Under the pieces are notes generated by a model. It did not search any database. It had not been told where the DNA came from and saw only the letters and a program-made list of their open reading frames with translations. The translations under genes were made by a program, and so were the position numbers. 64,000 bases of DNA from assembly GCA_951406725.2 (NCBI GenBank), contig OX597823.1, positions 116,684,001-116,748,000 of the forward strand. Direction: 5' to 3'. Positions 25,112 through 38,086 of the stretch are shown in pieces (positions within the stretch are counted from its first letter, which is position 1; every line of letters starts with the position of its first letter). Source of the stretch: Octopus vulgaris (taxonomy: Eukaryota).

Positions 25112-25523
25112 TTTGTAGTGTTACATATTGTATTATGGAAGACAGTTAACATCAGTGTGTCATTGTAATCTTGGAAGAATCAGGTGAACAAGGATCTGGA
25201 GAGCCTTACAGAAAATTCTATGTCAGTAGTCTTAACTATTTTTTTAAAAGGAGGAGGATAGATGCTTAGAGCTTTTTTAAATTTACAATAGCCTTTCTTT
25301 CTATTTCCAAATGTGTGATAGTTGCTACCGTTTATGCTTTGTGATATATCAAGAAAATTATCAATGGTTACATTTGTCTCTATTGTAAATTTTATATCAA
25401 GTCTTTGATGATGTTAATGAGGTTTCTTTTTCTTTTTGTCAAATCTTATGTAAATGTGTTTTGAATGTTGTTATATTGCTATTGAGAGATTGTTGGGAGT
25501 TATTAGTAAAAGTTATAAAACAT

Positions 25524-25940
25524 ACTCTCTATAGGCGTAGGAGTGGCTGTGTGGTAAGTAACTTGCTTACGAACCACATGGTTCTGGGTTCAGTCCCACT
25601 GCGTGGCACCTTGGGCAAGTGTCTTCTACTATAGCCTCGGTCCAACCAAAGCCTTGTGAGTGGATTTGGTAGACGGAAACTGAAAGAAGCCCATCGTATA
25701 TATGTATATATATATATGCATGTGTGTGTATATGTTTGTGTGTCTGTGTTTGTCCCCCCAACATCGCTTGACAACCGATGCTTGTGTTTATGTCCCTGTA
25801 ACTTAGCAGTTCGGCAAAAGAGAATGATAGAATAAGTACTGGGCTTACAAAGAATAAGTCCTGGGGTTCGATTTGCTCGACTAAAGGTGGTGCTCCAGCA
25901 TAGCCACAGTCAAATGACTGAAACAAGTAAAAGAGTAAAG
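25524..25940 (+). mobile_element. SINE family B, full length
   Basis: Consensus match. Confidence 0.92.
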
Positions 25941-26276
25941 AGTGTATATGCAGTTAAAGAAATTAAATTTAAAATGATTCAATAATTCATTGGCCAGGTG
26001 ATGTTTGTATAATTTAACACCTTAGTTGTTTCTAAATGCTGGTCAAGTAAACTTCTCCAAAGATGGCTTTCCACCTCATTTTTTTACCATTTCTTTTGGT
26101 AAGACACATGATACATATTTTGCCTCTTGGAATGTATATGCATTTAATAAAATCAATCAGTCACTGCTTCATGAGTCAGTTGGTTTACCAAGCTGCAGAG
26201 AATGCTCAATGTTATAGCATTACTAATGCAATTAAGCCAGAGGAAGGAGTCAATACTGTAAGGTAGATTGGGTTTA

Positions 26277-26668
26277 TCTCTCTATATATAAAGCTGAAGT
26301 TGTCTGTGTATGGCAGGTTTGGTAGCTTTCAACTAACACTATCTCCTCTGAGACCCTGTGGCACAAGTTGACCAAAATTAAGAGTATGATAGAAGAAGGC
26401 TTGCTCTTCATTCCATAGAAGAAAAAAATTCAAATCGGACCATGTTAACACCAAAAATTATTTACATCAAAAAGGTGCTTTTTTCTATGAAAATCCCTAT
26501 TTTTTACAATTTTTTTACTGCTGTGTCGCCATTTTTCGGTGTATTTCAACCAGAAAAATGTTCACTTAAAGAGAATAACAAGCTACATAATGCAAAATTT
26601 TTACTTTTCAAAACTTCCAATTGTAAAGGGTCAAAACAAACCCGAGCAATGCCAGGAGATACTGCTAG
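26277..26668 (+). mobile_element. Non-autonomous Helitron
   Basis: A|TC...CTAG|T termini and a subterminal hairpin CCCGAGCAATGCCAGG. The 3' end is shared with 40843-41237 and 49445-50081. Confidence 0.85.
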
Positions 26669-27169
26669 TATTTATTCAAAGTTGAATACCTATGAATTGC
26701 TTCTTAAGGTTTCTTATTCTCAATTCAAGTGAGAATAAGAATTATGGAGCTTGGAGCATTCTCATATACACATCTATTGGACTTGTTTGCATCATATAGG
26801 AAACAAAACATGGAAGGAATTAATAAATCCAAATATGGGCATATAACCCTATGTAAACAAATTTTTTTTAAATTTTAAGAAATTGATATGAAAATTTACC
26901 AAAACTTATAAGATTTACTAAAATGTTTGTGGATAAATTTGCAGAGCCCTAAAGATATCCTTTGTGATACTTTTTTAATAATTAACTGAATGGCATGCTT
27001 GACTAATTTTCCCAGTCATTACCAGCTAATCTTGGATATCTTTCATCTGCTATACAGACAAAAATAGGGAGAAATTGGGGGAGAGAGAAAGAGTGTGTGT
27101 GAAAGAAAGAGGGGGAGAGGGAGAGAAAGAAAGTGAGAGAGAGTAACAAGCAGATATTTGCAAAAAAAA

Positions 27170-27460
27170 ACGTAAAAAGCACTATCCAAATGTGGCCGAT
27201 GCCAGCGCCGCCTTGACTGGCTTCTGTGCTGGTGGCACATAAAAAGCACCAACCAATCGTGGCCGCTGCCAGCGTCCCCTGGCACGTTAAAAGCACCCAC
27301 TACACTCTTGGAGTGGTTGGCGTTAGGAAGGGCATCAAGCTGTAGAAACACTGCCAGCTCAGAGTGGAGCCTGGTGCAGCCTCCTGGCTTCCCAAACCCC
27401 GGTCGAACCGTTCAACCCATGCTAGTACGGAAAACGGACGTTAAACGATGATGATGATGA
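27170..27460 (+). mobile_element. Family D (RTE 3'UTR)
   Basis: Consensus match with a (GAT)n tail. Confidence 0.85.
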
Positions 27461-27754
27461 TATCTTTGAACAACAGATATAGTTTTTGCTCATTTCTAAA
27501 TGAGTCTATCCATTTTCATTGTGGGTTTTATAAACTAAAACACCAAGACAGCAGCTTTGTGGACAAATCATTGATAAATTTTCACGTACGCATTTAATAA
27601 ACAAACATTTAACCTCACTGTTTAAATAATCTTCATGATTACGTAAACAACAAAGACAAATATACACATATATCTGTGAAATCCACCTTTTACCAGTCTT
27701 TTACCTCCCACTTTTCCCCACCATCTCCTTTCTCTCTCCTTCTTTCTCTGTGTG

Positions 27755-28180
27755 TGTGTATATTTATATAAATATATATGTGTGTGTGTCTGCATGTGTG
27801 CATGTAGGTATGCATGTGTATAAATATGTGTATATATATATATATATGTATGTATGTGTATAAATATGTACATATATATGTTTGTATGTATATGTACAAA
27901 TATGTGCATATATATGTGTGTGTATGTATGTATATGTATAAATATGTACATATATATATGCGTGTATGTATGTATATGTACAAATATGTGCATATATATA
28001 TATATATGTGTGTATGTATGTATATGTATAAATATGTGCATATATATGTGTGTATGTATGTATATGTATAATTATGTGCATATAAATCTGTATGTATGTA
28101 TGTATATGTATATGTATAAATATGTGCCTATATATATGTGCGTATGTATGTATATGTATGTACGTGTGTGTATATATATT
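27755..28180. repeat. TA/TG-derived minisatellite-like tract
   Basis: Repeats of roughly GTATGTATGTATATGTAYAAATATGTRCATATATAT. Confidence 0.9.
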
Positions 28181-29186
28181 GATATATCACCTTTATCAAT
28201 ATGCTTTCATTCAACTCGTGGGGTGCACATGTTTATATCAATTCCCAACTGCTAATGTGTATGTATATGAATGCTTATACATGTGTGTGTGTGTGTGTGT
28301 ATTTACACTTAGCCTATTTTCTGTACACACATCATTAATTAACTGAATATCAGCAACAAGTTGTTTGTTCTAATCTTCTAAATTATTTAAGCCTTTTTAT
28401 CAGATTATCCCTTTGGCAAAAATTTCAAAGTAAACCCATTAAGCCGTGCTGTTAATCAACCATGATGTGTGTTTGCATGTTTGCGTGTGTGCATGTGCAG
28501 TGTGTGTGTGTGTGTGTACAGTTATGAGCCTGTGCATGCACTTGTGTATGCGTACCTGTGTATTAATATCGGTCTATATGTGTATGCTTCTGTATGAGGA
28601 TTTATGTGTTTACACTCACACACATACACACACATTCATATACATACACACGTACACACTCATATCTGTGTGTGTGTGTGTGATTTTATGTGTAGAAAAT
28701 ATGCATTCATATATGTAAATTCTATGTACATATGTATGTATATGCATGCATCTATGTGTATAATATGACTTACAATCAAGCAATATGCATTCCACTCACA
28801 GAAGCAGCTCATCTCAGAGCAAACATGTAAGCTCTCAGGAAGGAAGGAGGCAAGAGTTATGGTACATTTGCTATGCAATAGCTGTTGCTTGTGCTGAATC
28901 TATTGTGCTCTCTGTATTTACAGCTCAGTTCTCAGCATCTATTTCATCATTCACATTCACTAACATAATGCATAATAACTTAAACATTTTATTTGGAAAC
29001 TGGGGAAGAGAAAGTTACTTTTAAGCAGTCATAATTATCTGCTGTTGCTACTACTACTACTACTACTGTTACCTGGTGTTACACTGCAGGTAAAAAATAT
29101 TTGTTAATCATATATGTACCTTCATAAACTGGGCAAATAACATTTAGATTGACTTCTTCAGTGAAAATTAATAACTGTTTGTATAC

Positions 29187-29803
29187 TGTGAAGTATATTT
29201 GCCACTTAAATGTGGCTAACCACTAAGGAAGGATGCTACTGTAGCTTGTAGCCCCAGGAGAACATTTTCTCCAGCTGGCTATTGACACACTTTCTGTGCC
29301 CTATCAGTATTTGCATTGGGACCCCTTCACGTCAAAGACTAGTGATGTCATGCGCTGACGACAGTTAAATACCCAGAAACTTGGGTTCGTGCATATCACG
29401 TCAGGTTGACAATGGGAAGGATGGTTTCCCTTTGCAAATATTTATTTCTTTATTACCCACAAGGGGCTAAACACAGAGGGGACAAACAAGGACAGACAGC
29501 ATATCAAGGCGATTACATCGACCCCAGTGCGTAACTGGTACTTATTTAATCGACCCTGAAAGAATGAAAGGCAAAGTCGACCTCGGTGGAATTTGAACTC
29601 AGAACGTAGCAGCAGAAGAAATACCGCTAAGCATTTCGCCCAGTGTGCTAATGTTTCTGCCAACTCGCTGCCTTTGCAAATACTGATATGGCACAGAAAG
29701 TGTGTCAATAGCCAGCTGGAGAAGATGTTCTCCTGGGGCTACAAGCTACAGCAGCATCCACCCTTAGTGGTTAGCCACATTTAAGTGACAAATATACTTC
29801 ACA
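29187..29803. repeat. Fold-back element with ~130-bp inverted arms
   Basis: 29187-29315 is the near-exact reverse complement of 29675-29803. Confidence 0.85.
29441..29672 (-). mobile_element. SINE family A (A1) nested in the fold-back
   Basis: Consensus match with TSD TTTGCAAATA. Confidence 0.9.
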
Positions 29804-32189
29804 TTTTCGTGCAGCTACTGTTTATACCTCGTTCAGAGATTTATTATTGTTTGAATACTTTTGAACAATAACATTTATTTGAAATACTGCTTTTCATATA
29901 TAATTATATTGATTGAGCAAAACCTCATAAAGATAACTTCATGGTAAACAAGATTCCATTTCAAAGTTCTTTTTCTATAATCTTGCCTCTTCTTGGCTGT
30001 GCTACTGAATTCTATTTGGTCTGCATATATGTGCTGATTTTTAGGGTCTCCTCTACTGTTAGCATCATAAAATTGTCAATGTTTGAACACTGAATCAGGA
30101 AAATACAGTCCACATCTCTCTAAACTTTGTCTTTGACTCTTATTTATTGACCTACCATAAGGAGGTCTGATGAAGAAATGTAATCTTCATAGGGTGAATG
30201 GTAAGTCTGTGTCAGAGGGCTGAAGGAGAATTTTAGAAACGGTCAGCACAGCTCCAGTATCAACGCCACTGAGTTCCCTCAAAGTCAGTAAAGCATCAGT
30301 GGAATTGAGCACTGTGAAGGGAGTACCATTCCAGTGGCCTTGAGTGTGATCTGTATTTTGTAATAACATTACTGGAGTCTCGATCTTGATTGTGTTAGGA
30401 GTAAGCCTACTTATACTTACTGAATTCAAAAATTCTGGAGAATAGAAGAAAAACTGATTTTCTTCTGCCACTGAATTCATATTTCTTAATATAATCCCAT
30501 TTCCCAGACGTTTTCCCATAATGTCATTATTCAGCTTATTAACTTATTTTTTTCTTGTTAAAATACTCTCGAAGACGTTCATTGCCCATTTCTGTAGTTC
30601 ATTGGCAAATCAACATCAACCAATTCAATCAATTTTTCTTTGGAGCTCACTGTTAAAGAACGTGGGAATACAGTGACATCCTTAAATAAAAGATCACCAT
30701 CAATGATGTTGGGAATCTTTGCTCGGTTCCAACGACCAGTTTACATAATGATTTAGCTGATTATATGTATATCATTGTTATTCAGAGGATTTAGAACTCT
30801 CATATTTGTCTGTAGATGCAAGGCTTTGCAATGACTTATGCATGCACTAATTAGTGAAGGTTGAGTGACTTTGTGAACGACAAGAAGAATTTATCACAAA
30901 TCTCCACCAAGGACCAATAATTTTCCTCCAAGGAAGTTGTTCATAGTTCATGTCATCCTGAAGTGTGCAATTTAAAGTTTTAAAAAGATGCCTGGGTCAC
31001 ATTGGGGCTTTATGCCATACCAATGGGTGAGCATCATATATAAGGCATCCAGTTGCATCATTAGGCAAGACATGACATGTTGGAGCTGATATTACTAGAA
31101 TGGGGAACATGAAGCGGGAACAAACAGTGTCGCTGAACCTTATCAGTGTCATCACAATACTAAAGGAAGCTGTAGTGAGGGCGATTCCTCTTTTTTATTG
31201 TAAACACAAGTTTAACAGGAAACTTTTGCCTGTTTCTCCTCCAACCTCAATAAATTGAAAACCCCCTTAATTGGAGTTGGTTTTCATTTTGACTATTTCA
31301 AAGACAATCCTCTGTTTGTTGTTGGACATATCAATGTAATCAGTGTAGTAAGTTTTTGCTGAAGAATTTGTTTCATCTTGATTGACAGATGCAGTCTGTT
31401 CCTGCTTATTTGCAGCAGATTAATCATAACCAAGTGTTGAACAATGATACTGTATTAATTGATGATCCAGAACACACAGCATGTCATTAACAACCACTTC
31501 TGTTGCATGCTCAGAAAGTCTTCAGGCAGAGTATCATGGAGCATGTTGTATAATGTTAGAGGCTCAGATGGACAACAGAGGCGAAGAATTGTCTCAAATA
31601 ACCTTCTAAGCTGGTTAGCAGAGTTGTGGTTACCTCATGCATGCACACTTGCTCTTTCGCATGTTGCATTATCAACTGTTTGCAGGTCTTCAAAATTCGT
31701 AGCTCTGGTCCTGTGGTGAAGCAACAATCTCAAATGGAAGAGTTATCCTGAGACAAATGGACAGTGTACACTCTACCAATTGTCTGTGTTATTCCCTCTT
31801 ACTCTCCTTCTCTAGGTCTTACTCGATGTACAATGCTCAGAGAAGTCACAATAAAGAATACTTCTTGCCTCTGCATCTTCAGGATTCTTATCAAAATAAG
31901 CAGTGAGTTTAGTTGTTTGAGCTTGCTGCAAAGCATATTCTGGGCTGTTTATATCAAAAAATTACATGTTGATTGGGCAAGTGAATCTAAAGGCATTCAA
32001 CAGAAAGACTTCCTTATTGAATTGGAAACTCAAAAAGCCTCAAGCATGATTCAGATGGTTCAAGGTGCCTGTAATTTTCATATTTCACGATCTTGGTTTG
32101 AGATACATCACCAACGTCAATACAAATCCATTCTTGCTTTCTTTCTGGAGAAATTACAGAATGGTCTGCTCCTTTGAATATATATTTAT

Positions 32190-32535
32190 CCTGGGGCAGT
32201 CCCTAGCTCCCCAGACCCCGGACGAAACCGTCCAACCCGTGCTAGCGCGGAAAACGGACGTTAAACGATGATGATGATGATGATGATGACAGTGGCACGT
32301 AAAATGTACCAACCGATCATGGCTGATGCCAGCCTCCCCTGGCACCTGTGCCAGTGGCACGTAAAAAGCACCCACTACACTCACGGAGTGGTTGGCATTA
32401 GGAAGGGCATCCAGCTGTAGAAACACTGCCAGATCAGACTGGATCCTGGTGCAGCCTCCTGGCTTCCCAGACCCCAGTCGAACCATCCAACCTGTGATAG
32501 CATGGAAGACGGACGTTAAACGATGTTGATGATGA
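32190..32535 (+). mobile_element. Two tandem family D (RTE 3' end) copies
   Basis: Two successive GGACGTTAAACGATG tails. Confidence 0.85.
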
Positions 32536-32884
32536 CAGCTTTGATTGACACACACCATTCAACATTAGTGTGAGCTCCACATTTCTGCAGCAGCCAGGCA
32601 ATACAGGGAACTATGTGTCTGGTATCTACAGTGATGTCCCTATTTCCAGTTCCCACAGAGGCACTATGGTTTCCTTCAGCTGGGATTCGTCAACGATACA
32701 GTGGATAACATTCATCGTTAGTCATCATTTGTGAATGGTGTAGACAGGGACAACTCTCCTGCAGAATCCTTTTTTATGATGCAAGGCAGACTTGTCTCAC
32801 GTGCTCCTTCACCAAAATATGGAGACCGAATCTGTTTGGAATTTTCTCAGCCAGGAAGTTCAGCAGAAACGACTTTGTTGTTTT

Positions 32885-33117
32885 AAGCCAGCAAACTGGC
32901 AGAAACGTTCAAGCGCCGGATGAAATGCTTAGCGGTATTTCGTCTGTCGTTACGTTCTGAGTTCAAATTCCGCCAAGGTCAACTTTGCTTTTCATCCTTT
33001 CGGGGTCAATAAATTAAGTACCAGTTACGTACTGGGGTCGCTCTAATCAACTTAATCCCTTTCTCTGTCCTTGTCTGTCTCCTCTATGTTTAGCCCCTTG
33101 TGGGCAATAAAGAAATA
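32885..33117 (+). mobile_element. SINE family A (A1)
   Basis: Consensus match, flanked by GAAACRACTTTGTTG. Confidence 0.88.
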
Positions 33118-33645
33118 CGAAACAACTTTGTTGATTTCTTGCTATGCATTGTGACTGTTTTCTATTGTAAATAGGAAGTGACAATGTAGTAGATCCCCCC
33201 CCTTTTTTTTTTAAATTCAATTGTGTTCACACAGGCCACTGATTTTTCCAAAACTCTAGATTTAATGTCCAGTAGAAGTTTCTTCTGCTTTCTTTTGAGA
33301 ATCCATGCAGTTATCTCAGGACAATTCACAACAGTTTGATCAGCGTTTTGCTCTCTTGTTATTTCTTCTCATTTTTGTTTGCAGATGAAAGTGACAAATA
33401 ATGTAGGCTTTACAAATGTCCTTACAATGGCCATGGCATCTTGGTAGTGCTTTACCATATGTCTTGAGCTTCCAATAAACATACTTGCTGGAATGTATCG
33501 CCTTCCAGTTCAGCCATCATCTCTGCTTTGACTGTGTCTGCAAAGCCATTCTACAGGTCAGTCTGCAGGGTTCGTTGATTGATCTGAATATACTGCAAGT
33601 GAGCCAAACCAACGGAATTTTATTGAATTGGTATAAATGTGGGCA

Positions 33646-33685
<40 letters not shown>

Positions 33686-33974
33686 TGTGTACATGTATTA
33701 ATTTTATAAAGCAACGACAGACGGTTACTTGGAAATTTGGGCAATATAGTTCGATAAAGACCACATAGCTGTCATGTTGATGAAACTATCAATTTATTTT
33801 TTGTAAAAATAGAAATAAATGTGTTACTCTACTGAAAAATATTGAGTGATTCTTCCTTCAGTTTAATATTTGTTTTATATAAAACTATACATGCAATCAA
33901 ATATTAATAATATAAATATACCAACACACAGATATATATATATATACAAACATACATACACATCACGTGTGTAC

Positions 33975-34036
<62 letters not shown>

Positions 34037-34080
34037 GCAAACATACATATATATATATTTAAATTTAAATATATATATAT

Positions 34081-34143
<63 letters not shown>

Positions 34144-34562
34144 AACATACATATATATATATATTTAAGTTTATATATATATGTATATATATATATATAT
34201 ATCTATATCTATCTATCTATCTATCTATATATATATATATATATATATACATACATACACACACACACACACAGATGTACATACATACACACACGTCACA
34301 CATACATAGGTGTGTGTGCATGTGTGTGTGTAGGCATGTATGTTTATAGTTTTGTATGTGATTGGTGTGTGGTGGGGAGGAATGGGTGATATTTGTGTGT
34401 GAGTAAGAGATGTGTGAAAGGGTTTAACAGATAATGAATGACTATAATGATACAATGTATGTGTGTATTATGTGCGTATAATAAATATTATATGATGATA
34501 TATATGTGTGTGTACATACATATTTGGTTATAACTACACACACACAAACACACACATATATA

Positions 34563-34614
<52 letters not shown>

Positions 34615-34899
34615 AACAAATACATATATATAACTGACTAAATACATAAATATTGTGATATTCTTAATTAGTGTTTCAGAAACAACTTTAAAAATTCATG
34701 ACAATTTGCCAAAAAATGTAAGAAAAAAAACTAGGTAAATAATTTTAAAAAATTGTAAAAAACAAATAAATAATTGAAGTGAAAAGCAAAAATAGAGGAA
34801 AAAAATTTTTGAATTGAGAGGATAATTTAATTGGTGATAATTATTCCATCATGTTTATTAAAATTGTGTTTCTCTATTTCAATGTTTTCATTACTGTTG

Positions 34900-35530
34900 C
34901 ATCATTGTCAGCACAACAAGCAACGGCAGCAATAAAAACAAAAAAACAAACATCCTAGCAGAAACAATAACAACAACAACAACAACAACAACAGCAATAA
35001 CAAATGTAGCAGGGGTAATAATGACAACAGTAGCACTAACAACATTAATAGTAACAACAACAACAACAACAGCAGCAGCAAAAATAGGAGAACTAGCAAT
35101 AATAATGGGACGACGGTAGCAACAGTAGTGACCGCAGCAGCAATAACAGCAACAACAGCAGCAACAGTGAAAAGGACAATAGAAACTATAGGAACAGCAA
35201 TCATAATGGTAGCAACAGAAGGTGCAGCACTTATAACAACTGCAACGGTAGATGCCAAAAAGGTTCATTTGCTTTTGTTATGATCGACATTTTTATCATT
35301 ATCACCATCGTCATCATGATAATCATCTTCATCATCACCACCACCATCATCATCATGATCATCGTCATCATGATAATCATCTTCATCACAGCCACAATCA
35401 TCATTTTTCACTACTGCCACCAATCATCATCATCATCATCATTACTGCTATCATCATGATGATTCTATTTACAGTCATCATCATAATCATCATCATCGTC
35501 TCATCATCATCCATATGCACTCTGATACCA
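34900..35530. repeat. Trinucleotide low-complexity tract: (AAC/AGC)n then (CAT)n
   Basis: Direct reading. Confidence 0.9.
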
Positions 35531-36199
35531 TCTTAAAACAGGAAACATTGGATAATGTCATGAAGACTACATTATTCCTCATAAGAAGACAGGATGATCA
35601 CTACTTGATGAATGACTTTACTGATAATAGGTTTTCTCACTAAGCACTGACCTAGGGCTAAGCAACAACAAGAGCAACACCACATCTTGCATCACCACTA
35701 TTGCCATCATTTTAATAACTGGCCCTCATTCCACCTTACCCACCACCTTTGGAGTTCCCAATGGACTGCTTCTCCTGGTATCCTTGCCTTAAAATAAACC
35801 CATTCTGTTAAGGTCCACTGCACCTCTATTCATACTCTAATTGAGCTTCACTCCAACTTTACTGTCACTCTAACTGCATATCATTGCACTTCTACTCTCA
35901 CTCACATTAAGACTCAATACACTTCTGTCACCCACATTAAGGCCCAGTACCTCCTTTTTGTCACTCTCATTGAGTGTCATCTTCATTAAGACCCAATGCC
36001 CTTGTAACTGTCACCTTCATGAAGGCCTACTACACCTTTAACTGTCACTCTTACTAATGCCCAATACATTTCCACCGTTATTAAAGCCAAGTGCAGCTCT
36101 GCTTTTACCTTCATTAAGGCCAATTTACTAAGAACATATATATGTGTCTATGTGTTGAACCGTTAATCCCTACTCATTTTTTTATCGTTCCATTTTTTT

Positions 36200-36349
36200 T
36201 CATTCTCTCTCCATCTTTTTCCTCTCGATCCTTTCTGTCAAAGAGTGTAGCCTCAAAACGTCAAAGACTTTTCCATTCTTCCTAAGTGTCAAATTAATAC
36301 ACCTGCTTGTTCCTGCACCTGTCTTCATATTTTGTTTTCTGTGGATTTG

Positions 36350-36352
<3 letters not shown>
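36200..36352 (+). repeat. Penelope-like terminal repeat fragment with degenerate minimal-hammerhead-like motif
   Basis: CTGTCAAAGAGTGTAGCCTCAAAACGTC resembles TGAAGA-GAGC.loop.GCTC-GAAAC. Related pieces lie at 10184-10240 (-) and 41292-41370. Confidence 0.4.
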
Positions 36353-36395
<43 letters not shown>

Positions 36396-36397
36396 TC

Positions 36398-36429
<32 letters not shown>

Positions 36430-36431
<2 letters not shown>

Positions 36432-36700
36432 ACATATGTATGAATGCTTGTATGTATATATCTATACATGTGTATGTCTTTGTGCTTTTGTTTGTCCTCC
36501 ACCACTGCTTGGAAATGATGTTGACTTATTTACATTCCTATAACTTAACAGTTCAGCAAAAAAGATTGATAGAATAAGCACAAGGCTTAAAGACAAAAAA
36601 ATATTTACTGGGACTGATTTGTTCAACTAAGACCTTACAAGGCTGTGACTCAGTATGGCTACAATCCCAATCTAATGATTGAAACAAGTAACAGCTAAAA
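36430..36700 (+). mobile_element. SINE family B, diverged 3' half
   Basis: TAACTTAACAGTTCAGCAAAA...GATAGAATAAG...TGAAACAAGTAA. Confidence 0.75.
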
Positions 36701-36704
36701 TTAT

Positions 36705-37974
36705 ATATATATATATAAAATGAACTTGCTTGCTTGCAATGTTACACAGCCAAACTGATGCATAATGAGAAAATACTATGAATTAAGGCTCTCCTGAAAT
36801 GTTAATACAAATGGAATAAAACAAGTTTCGCGTAAACTGGACAACTGGTTCTTGAGATATTATGGGCCTGGTGGGTATAAATACCCAAAACTGTGCATAA
36901 TGGGAAAGTACACGGAAAATAGTTTAACCCTGAAAGGGAAGAAACTCTAACCTTTCGATTAGACTCATTAATGTCTTTAACTTGACAATAAAAAAATATT
37001 TCTATTTTTGTGTTAAACACAATATTTTAATCATTTAGAAATATTTTTAAGTGAATGTGATTTCAAAAATGTAAGTTGCTTCTACAGTAAATATCTATAT
37101 TTTAGCTTTCCTTAAACAGACAATATTTTGATTTTTTTTAAAAATTATTTTCAAGTGAATACCATCACAAAATTTTTTTTGGCACATTTAAAAAAATATT
37201 TTAAAGTGAAAATGACTTTAAAAATACGGTAAATAGTTCATAAAAGACCCATTCATATCTTTGGTTTGAAATATTATTTTTCCATAGGTTGTTTTTCGAG
37301 TGCATTCAACATATCTTACCACCAAAGATTTGGCTGCTATTTCTAGCACACCCTGCTACCACGTAACAACTATTTATGATAAAGGACCCGAAATATCTGT
37401 TACGTGGTAGCTGGGCATACCAGAAATAGCAGCCAAATCTTATCTTTTCTGAGGAAAGGAGCCATTTATGCTTGACTTCAATGTCACATTCATTGAAAGC
37501 ACGTGAAATAACCTGGAAAAGAAAAAAAAAACCCACAAAACAAAACTTTGTTGGTGGGAAACTCCGAGATCCCCACCACCCCTCCCTCTATTCTTCTCCA
37601 GAAGAAAGTGGTTTACAGTGGGATTGGAGGTGAGATATGTTGACTTCACTCAGGAGAACCTGTGGAAAAAATTATTTCACACCGATGTGCAAATGGGTCA
37701 TTTCCGAAATATTTACCCGAGATTGGGACAGGCATGCGAATAGAAGGGAAAGGGACAGAAGCAGGAGAGATCATGAGTGGGATGCTCAGAGAGCCAAGCT
37801 TCTGGTGAAACAGAGGGAAAAAGACAAAAGCAGGAGACATCATGAATCAGATGCTCATGTGGATACAAATGGAATAAAATAAATTTCACATAAATTGGAC
37901 CACAGGTTACAGAGATACACAGTTTTCTCACGTACCGTGAACTATTGGTGACCCAATGGGTCACAGGTAGTCTA

Positions 37975-37975
<1 letters not shown>
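36705..37975 (+). mobile_element. Non-autonomous Helitron (~1.27 kb)
   Basis: 3' hairpin GTGACCC-AAT-GGGTCAC (37948-37964) followed by CTAG|T. The 5' end is embedded in (TA)n. Internal direct repeat 36802-36860 / 37862-37918. Confidence 0.7.
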
Positions 37976-38011
<36 letters not shown>

Positions 38012-38086
38012 TACACATGCACACAAACATACACACACATACACAACACACTTTCCAAAATGTGCTATATGTATATATTACATATA

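Larger units (their letters stand above)
23270..27000 (-). mobile_element. Decayed Penelope-like retroelement with nested insertions
   Basis: Minus-strand remnants LDIKFTIETNVTIDNFLDIS (RT), NHKVFKRNNIKLRYSF, and PLCDGLCLQKS...NIYV (Cys linker/GIY-YIG). An imperfect fold-back lies at 23270-23402. Limits are approximate. Confidence 0.6.
29950..33790 (-). mobile_element. Fossil autonomous Helitron (RepHel pseudogene)
   Basis: In order on the minus strand: Rep motif RHMVKHYQDAMAIVRTFVKPTLFVTFICK (~33380-33470), Walker-A-like GGETGKSFLLN (~31215-31250), GGKLLVLGGDL (~30900-30935), then PIF1 domain YSPEFLNS...PVMLLQN...GHWNGT...PSDTDLPFTL and SINKSQRQSL (~30120-30440). Confidence 0.88.

Noticed and set aside
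28785-29024. Possible host exon in unique-looking sequence
   Set aside because: No recognisable domain and no convincing splice-site pair.
30187-30519. Host PIF1 helicase gene
   Set aside because: Collinear with a Helitron Rep motif, intronless and heavily disrupted.
34891-35536. Poly-Leu/Val/Cys/His ORFs resembling membrane or metal-binding proteins
   Set aside because: Trinucleotide low-complexity DNA, as also at 54432-54676 and 60314-60680.
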